A DNA stretch of 64,000 nucleotides. Source: Trueperaceae bacterium (GTDB lineage: Bacteria; Deinococcota; Deinococci; Deinococcales; Trueperaceae). Every line of letters begins with the position of its first letter. Position 1 is the stretch's first letter. The notes beneath the pieces are model-generated. The model saw only the letters and a program-made list of their open reading frames with translations. It made no database searches and was not told the DNA's origin. A program made the position numbers and the translations under genes. This document shows positions 57,062-64,000 of this stretch, piece by piece. The stretch covers positions 320,001 through 384,000 of the forward strand of contig JAXHLW010000013.1 of assembly GCA_034521815.1 (NCBI GenBank), read 5' to 3'.

Positions 57062-57366
57062 ACAAGCTCGGTCTCACCACCATTCTGATTCTCGTCGCCT
57101 CGATCCTCGGCCTCGCCTTCGCGCAGGACGCCGAAGCCGCCAAGACCGTCGGAGACGGCATCATCGCGCTGGCCGCCGCGCTGGCCATCGGCATCGCCGC
57201 CGTCGGCGTGGGCCTGGCCCAGGCCGCCATCGGCTCCGCCGGTGCCGGCACGCTCGCCGAGCGTCCCGAAGCGTTCGGTCAGATCCTGATCTACCTCGTC
57301 ATTCCCGAGACGATCATCATCTTCGCCTTCGTCATCGCCTTCTTCCTTAACGGTCAGATCGGCTGA
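57058..57366 (+). CDS. atpK: V/A-type ATP synthase proteolipid subunit K (L/c) with signal peptide
   Basis: Two-TM hairpin with AQAAIG and IPET carboxylate; N-terminal signal ..GLAFA|Q. Confidence 0.95.
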   Translation: MNKLGLTTILILVASILGLAFAQDAEAAKTVGDGIIALAAALAIGIAAVGVGLAQAAIGSAGAGTLAERPEAFGQILIYLVIPETIIIFAFVIAFFLNGQIG

Positions 57367-57371
57367 ATCCC

Positions 57372-57953
57372 GTGGCGGATCTGGCTGCTCTGCTTGACAA
57401 AGAAGCGAGCGCGGAGATCGAAGCCATCCTCGCAGAGGCGCGGGAACGCGCCTCTGCGATCGTCGCGGAAGCCGAACGAGAAGCGGAGGCGCTGGTCGCC
57501 GCCCGAGAACGGCAGGCCAAGGCGCAGCGCCAGGCCGCCCTCGTTCGCGCCCGGAGCGCCGCGCAGCTCGAGGCCGCTTCGATGCGACTGAACGCCCAGC
57601 AGGAGGCCATCGAGTCGGTCTTCAGCGAGGTGGAGGACGAGATCGCCGCACTCACCGACGACGACGCGCGCTACGCGCCCGTGCTCGAGGCCCTGCTGCG
57701 CGAGGCGGTGGACGGCGTCCGAGGGACGCCCGACGCGGTGGTCGTGCACCCCAGCGACGAGGCGCTCGCCGCGAAGGCCGCGAAGGCGGTCGGCGTGGAC
57801 GCCCCGATCGAGACCGATCCCGCCGTCCGCGGCGGCGTCAAGGTCCGGACCGGCCGCGTCGCCGTCGAGAACACGCTCTCGGCGCGCTTGGGCGCGCTTC
57901 GCGACGAGCTCGCCTCGGAGGTATCGCAGGCCCTGACGAGCAAGGAGGCTTAG
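57372..57953 (+). CDS. atpE: V/A-type ATP synthase subunit E
   Basis: N-terminal coiled coil; VVVHPSD, RGGV, VENTLSARL. Confidence 0.93.
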   Translation: MADLAALLDKEASAEIEAILAEARERASAIVAEAEREAEALVAARERQAKAQRQAALVRARSAAQLEAASMRLNAQQEAIESVFSEVEDEIAALTDDDARYAPVLEALLREAVDGVRGTPDAVVVHPSDEALAAKAAKAVGVDAPIETDPAVRGGVKVRTGRVAVENTLSARLGALRDELASEVSQALTSKEA

Positions 57954-58967
57954 ATGTCGAGCGACTTCGGCTACGTCAACGCCCGCGTCCGTGGGATGGC
58001 GTCACGCCTGCTCGGCCCAGAGACCTACCAGGCGGCGCTCGCGGCGGAGGACTTCCGCGGCTTCACCGCCGTGCTCGGTCAGTCTCCCTACGCGCACGCC
58101 CTCGAGGAGGCCCAAGCGCAGGGCGACGGGCTGAAGGCCGTCGACCGCGCACTGGCCGACGATTTCCACGCCACGACGAAGAGCATGCTCGCCTTCACGG
58201 ACGGCGCGCCGCGGCGGATGATCGCCGCCTTGCTGCGCCGCTACGACCTGGAGGACCTCAAGACCGTAGCCCGCGCCCACCACGCAGGGCGCGATCCGAG
58301 CGAGATGGGCGAGGCCCTCACGGGGGCCGGAGAGCTGCGGCCCGCGACGATCGAGTCGCTGGTCGCCGCGCCGGATCTGCCGACCGCCGGACAGGCGCTG
58401 TCGGTGACGAAGCATCCGTTGGCTCACGCCTTCGTGCGTGCGGCCCGTCGCTACGCCAACGACGGCGACCTGCTCGCGTTCGAGCTGGCTCTGGACCACG
58501 CGACCTTCCGGCTTCTGTCCGAGACCGGGGAGGCGGGCGGAACGTCCGACACGTTCCGTCGCCACGTGGAGCGCGAGATCGACGCCGCCAATCTGCGGAC
58601 CGCCCTGAAGGTCGCCGGCCGGGACATCGATGCGGACACGCTGTTCGTGGAGGGCGGTCGCGAGGTCAAGCGCGACACCTTCCTTCAGCTGGCCGAGGCG
58701 GGCCTGTCCGGCCTGTCGGCGCTGGGTTCTGGAACGTTCGCGCCCGTCGCGCAGGCGGAGGACCTGGCCGGCGCCGAGCGAGCCATCCGGACCGCCCTCG
58801 ACGAAGCCGCCCGCCGCGCGGCGCTACGCGACCCGCTGGGCATCGGCGTGGTGATCCGCTACCTTCGCGACAAGGAGTCCGAGGCGGCCAAGCTTCGGCT
58901 GCTGGCTCGCGGCGCGTACTACCACGTGCCGCGCAACGATCTCGAGAAGGAGCTGGGGCATGCATAA
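57954..58967 (+). CDS. atpC: V/A-type ATP synthase subunit C
   Basis: DFGYVNARVRGM..RLL, EIDAANLRTALK, FVEGG, YLRDKE.EAAKLRLLARG. Confidence 0.94.
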   Translation: MSSDFGYVNARVRGMASRLLGPETYQAALAAEDFRGFTAVLGQSPYAHALEEAQAQGDGLKAVDRALADDFHATTKSMLAFTDGAPRRMIAALLRRYDLEDLKTVARAHHAGRDPSEMGEALTGAGELRPATIESLVAAPDLPTAGQALSVTKHPLAHAFVRAARRYANDGDLLAFELALDHATFRLLSETGEAGGTSDTFRRHVEREIDAANLRTALKVAGRDIDADTLFVEGGREVKRDTFLQLAEAGLSGLSALGSGTFAPVAQAEDLAGAERAIRTALDEAARRAALRDPLGIGVVIRYLRDKESEAAKLRLLARGAYYHVPRNDLEKELGHA

Positions 58968-59286
58968 GGTCGTCGTGTTCACCGACGCCGAGACCGCGAC
59001 GGGGTACCGCCTCGCCGGTGTCGAGGTGCGGGTCGCACAGCCCGATGGCGCCAGCAAAGCGCTCGAGGCGTTGATCGAGGAGGACGCCTACGGGCTGGTG
59101 ATCGTCGACGAGGGGCTGGTGGCCGATCCCGTGGCCGCGACCGAGCGCACGATGCGGGGTCGCGATCTGCCCGTCCTGCTACCGGTGCCCAGCCTGGGCG
59201 CCGCATTCGGCGAGGGCGACGACGCCACCGCCTACATGAAGGACTTGGTGCGGAGCGCGATCGGCTTCGACATCAAGCTGGAATAG
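58960..59286 (+). CDS. atpF: V/A-type ATP synthase subunit F
   Basis: [29 protein letters not shown]. Confidence 0.95.
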   Translation: MHKVVVFTDAETATGYRLAGVEVRVAQPDGASKALEALIEEDAYGLVIVDEGLVADPVAATERTMRGRDLPVLLPVPSLGAAFGEGDDATAYMKDLVRSAIGFDIKLE

Positions 59287-59299
59287 AGGAGAAGACGAC

Positions 59300-61039
<1,740 letters not shown>

Positions 61040-61048
61040 GGAGCGAAC

Positions 61049-62470
61049 GTGAGCAAGAACCTTCTCAAGAAGGAGTACAGCGAGGTCAGCTACGTTTCCG
61101 GCCCGCTGCTCTTCCTCCAGAACGCACCCGACCTGAGCTACAACGCGATCGTCAGCATCAAGGACGGATCGGGCCGCGTCCGCGGCGGTCAGGTGATCGA
61201 GGTCAGCAAGGAGTACACCGTGCTCCAGGTGTTCGAGGAGACCTCGGGCATCGACCTCTCCTCGACGACCGTCAGCCTGGTCGAGAACGTCGCCCGACTC
61301 GGCGTCAGCAAGGAGATGATCGGACGCCGCTTCAACGGCATCGGCGAGCCGATCGACGGCCTGCCCGAGGTCGTCGCCGACAAGCGGCTGCCGATCGGCG
61401 GCGCGCCGATCAACCCCGTGGCGCGCCAGAAGCCCGAGGAGTTCATCCAGACCGGCGTCAGCACCATCGACACGCTGATCAGCCTGGTCCGCGGGCAGAA
61501 GCTGCCGATCTTCTCCGGCTCGGGCCTGCCCGCGAACGAGCTCGCCGCGCAGATCGCGCGTCAGGCGACCGTGATCGGCGAGCAGAGCGAGTTCGCCGTG
61601 GTGTTCGCCGCGATGGGCGTCACCCAGCGGGAGCTGACCTTCTTCACCAAGGAGTTCGAGCGGACCGGCGCGCTGGCGCGCTCCGTGCTGTTCCTCAACA
61701 AGGCGGACGACCCGGCGGTCGAGCGGATCCTCACGCCGCGCATGGCGCTGACGGCGGCCGAGTACCTCGCCTACGAGCACGACTACCACGTGCTGGTCAT
61801 CCTCACCGACATGACGAACTACTGCGAGGCGCTGCGCGAGATCGGCGGCGCCCGTGAGGAGATTCCCGGTCGGCGTGGCTACCCCGGCTACATGTACACC
61901 GACCTCGCGGGGATCTACGAGCGCGCCGGCGTGGTCAAGGGCAAGAAGGGCTCGGTGACGCAGCTGCCGATCCTGACGATGCCGGACGACGACGTCACGC
62001 ACCCGATCCCCGACCTGACCGGCTACATCACCGAGGGGCAGATCTACCTGGCGCGCGACCTGCACAACAAGGGCATCTTCCCGCCGATCAACCCCGGCCC
62101 GTCGCTGTCGCGCCTGATGAACAACGGCATCGGCGAGGGCAAGACCCGCGCCGACCACAAGGACGTCGCCGACCAGCTCCAGGCGGCGTACGCCAACGGG
62201 CTGGACCTGCGGCGCCTCGTGGCCATCACCGGCGAGGACGCGCTGTCCGAGACCGACAAGCTGTACCTGGCGTTCGCCGACGAGTTCGAGAAGGTGTTCA
62301 TCGACCAGGGCCAAGAGAACCGCAGCGTCGAGGAGTCGCTGCAGATCGCTTGGGCGACCCTGTCGAAGCTGCCCAAGAGCGAGCTCACGCGCCTCAAGAA
62401 CGAGCAGATCGACGTGTACTACGGCGCGAAGATGGACGAGCTCTGGGGCGCGGCGCAGGACGCCCGCTAG
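61049..62470 (+). CDS. atpB: V/A-type ATP synthase subunit B
   Basis: [57 protein letters not shown]. Confidence 0.98.
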   Translation: MSKNLLKKEYSEVSYVSGPLLFLQNAPDLSYNAIVSIKDGSGRVRGGQVIEVSKEYTVLQVFEETSGIDLSSTTVSLVENVARLGVSKEMIGRRFNGIGEPIDGLPEVVADKRLPIGGAPINPVARQKPEEFIQTGVSTIDTLISLVRGQKLPIFSGSGLPANELAAQIARQATVIGEQSEFAVVFAAMGVTQRELTFFTKEFERTGALARSVLFLNKADDPAVERILTPRMALTAAEYLAYEHDYHVLVILTDMTNYCEALREIGGAREEIPGRRGYPGYMYTDLAGIYERAGVVKGKKGSVTQLPILTMPDDDVTHPIPDLTGYITEGQIYLARDLHNKGIFPPINPGPSLSRLMNNGIGEGKTRADHKDVADQLQAAYANGLDLRRLVAITGEDALSETDKLYLAFADEFEKVFIDQGQENRSVEESLQIAWATLSKLPKSELTRLKNEQIDVYYGAKMDELWGAAQDAR

Positions 62471-62482
62471 GCGGGGAGGACC

Positions 62483-63127
62483 ATGGCCGAGTCGATCGCA
62501 CCCACCCGCTCGAACCTGCTTCAGCGCCGCGACCAGCTCAAGCTGGCCGGGCGCGGCGCGGATCTTCTGAAGCGGAAGCGCGACGCGCTGATCGGCGAGT
62601 TCTTCGATCTGGTCAAGGCGTCGCTCGAGGCTCGCCGGGCGTTGCAGGCCGCGAGCAAGGAGGCGTACTTCGCGCTGTTCCTCGCGAACGCCTGGGACGG
62701 CCCCGCCGCGGTCGAGAGCCTGGCGCTGGCCAGCGACGAGACGCTCGAGATCGAGATCTCGGTCGAGAACCTGTTCGGCGTCAAGGTGCCTCAGGTCCAG
62801 CCGCCGGAGTTCTCGGACGAGCTGCCGTTCAGCCCGGTCGGGGCCGGCGCGCGGACGCTGGACGCCGCGACCGAGTTCCGCAAGCTGACCGAGGCGATCG
62901 TCCAGGTCGCCGCGACCGAGACCCGCCTCAGGCGCATCGGCGAGGAGATCAAGAAGACGAACCGGCGCGTGAACGCGCTGGAGCAGCTCGTCATCCCCGG
63001 GATCCGGCACCAGATCAAGGACATCCGGAGTGTGCTGGACCAGCGCGCGCTCGAGGAGGTCACGGTGCTCAAGCGCATCAAGGCCAAGCTCGAGGCGAAG
63101 GAGAAGGAGGGCGCCCCCGCCGCCTGA
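62483..63127 (+). CDS. atpD: V/A-type ATP synthase subunit D
   Basis: PTRSNLL, LLKRKRDAL, KKTNRRVNALE..IP. Confidence 0.97.
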   Translation: MAESIAPTRSNLLQRRDQLKLAGRGADLLKRKRDALIGEFFDLVKASLEARRALQAASKEAYFALFLANAWDGPAAVESLALASDETLEIEISVENLFGVKVPQVQPPEFSDELPFSPVGAGARTLDAATEFRKLTEAIVQVAATETRLRRIGEEIKKTNRRVNALEQLVIPGIRHQIKDIRSVLDQRALEEVTVLKRIKAKLEAKEKEGAPAA

Positions 63128-63153
63128 TCCTGCCCAGACGCCGCCGTCCAGGA

Positions 63154-63187
63154 ATCTCGGCCCCGCACGTGCGGGCCGAGATCTTTT
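63154..63187 (+). terminator. Intrinsic terminator of the ATPase operon
   Basis: ATCTCGGCCC...GGGCCGAGAT stem followed by CTTTT. Confidence 0.75.
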
Positions 63188-63306
63188 CGTGGCCAGCGCG
63201 TGGACATCGAGGATCGGCGGCACGCCGAACGCCGAGCGGTGTTCGTGCGCCGTGATTCTGTTGAGCGCTCCGCTCACCTGAGCATGAACATGCATACGTT
63301 CGGGGC

Positions 63307-63335
63307 TTTACAGATGCGCCGGACTTGGGTAGAGT
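63307..63335 (+). promoter_or_regulatory. Putative SigA promoter of the amino-acid ABC operon
   Basis: TTTACA - 17 nt - TAGAGT. Confidence 0.6.
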
Positions 63336-63410
63336 GCCGTCGGGCAGCGATGTTTCGATGATACCTCCGTCGGAGCCCGCCCATCGCTCATCACGCAAAG
63401 GAGTTCGTAT

Positions 63411-64000
63411 ATGCGCAAGATCCTAACCATCGTCGCCGCGTTGTCGGTCCTCTTCGGACTGGCGCAGGCGCAGACCAGTCTGCTCGACGAAGTGAAGCTC
63501 CGCGGCAACCTCGTCTGCGGCGTCAACAACCAGGTCCCCGGGCTTCGGCGTGGTCGACTCCGCGGGCGAGTACAGCGGCTTCGACGTCGACTTCTGCCGC
63601 GCCATCGCGGCCGCCGTGCTCGGTGACGCCGACGCGGTCGAGTTCCGTGCGCTCTCCGCGCAGGAGCGGTTCACCGCCACCCAGACCGGCGAGGTGGACG
63701 TGCTGATCCGCAACACCACCTGGACCTCCAGCCGCGACAGCACGGTGGGACTGAACTTCGCGCCGACCACCTTCTACGACGGCCAGGGCTTCATGGTGAA
63801 GGAAGCGTCCGGCATCGAGGCGCTCGCAGGACCTCGAGGGTCGTAGCATCTGCGTGCAGTCGGGAACGACGACCGAGCTGAACCTGACCGACGTCATGGC
63901 CGCGCTCGACATCGACTACACCCCGGTGATCTTCGAGACCGCCGACCAGGCGATCGCGTCGTACGACAGCGGCCAGTGCGAGTCGTACACGACCGACGTG
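63411..64000 (+). CDS. General L-amino-acid ABC substrate-binding protein (AapJ/BztA-like), 3' truncated, two +1 frameshifts
   Basis: Signal peptide, LDEVKLRGNLVCGV / GFDVDFCRAIAAAVLGD, RNTTWT.SRD, FYDGQGFMV / LEGRSICVQSGTTTELNL.D, spread over three successive frames. Confidence 0.88.

Overview
High-GC (roughly 70% by eye) core-chromosome window from a member of the Deinococcota, most likely Trueperaceae-like. The placement rests on Thermus/Deinococcus-type lineage insertions in RpoB and RpoC, a Thermus-order V/A-type ATPase operon (G-I-K/L-E-C-F-A-B-D), a DdrI/SdrP-type CRP protein and pervasive leaderless genes. Most of the window is housekeeping: rpoB (partial), rpoC, two carD paralogs, groES-groEL, gpmI, recF, sufS-sufU, punA-yggS-divIVA, an Omp85/BamA gene, ychF, hom-thrC, rsmA, ruvB, dnaG and several ABC transporters. 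I see no rRNA, tRNA, CRISPR array, prophage, IS element or defence island, and I cannot claim a clearly new multi-gene system. The best leads are: (1) a cyanobacterial-type glucosylglycerol hydrolase (GghA-like) near an alpha-glucoside ABC importer; (2) both a HAIR-like dyad and a CIRCE flanking one groESL promoter; (3) at least 13 leaderless starts; (4) tandem 'echoes' of stop-codon regions that place stops in all three frames; (5) an S41 peptidase lacking both the PDZ domain and the catalytic Lys; (6) a structured leader on the ATPase operon and a candidate leaderless uORF before carD. Four single-base +1 frameshifts in three genes are most likely sequencing or assembly errors. All assignments come from motif recognition by eye; no searches were run.
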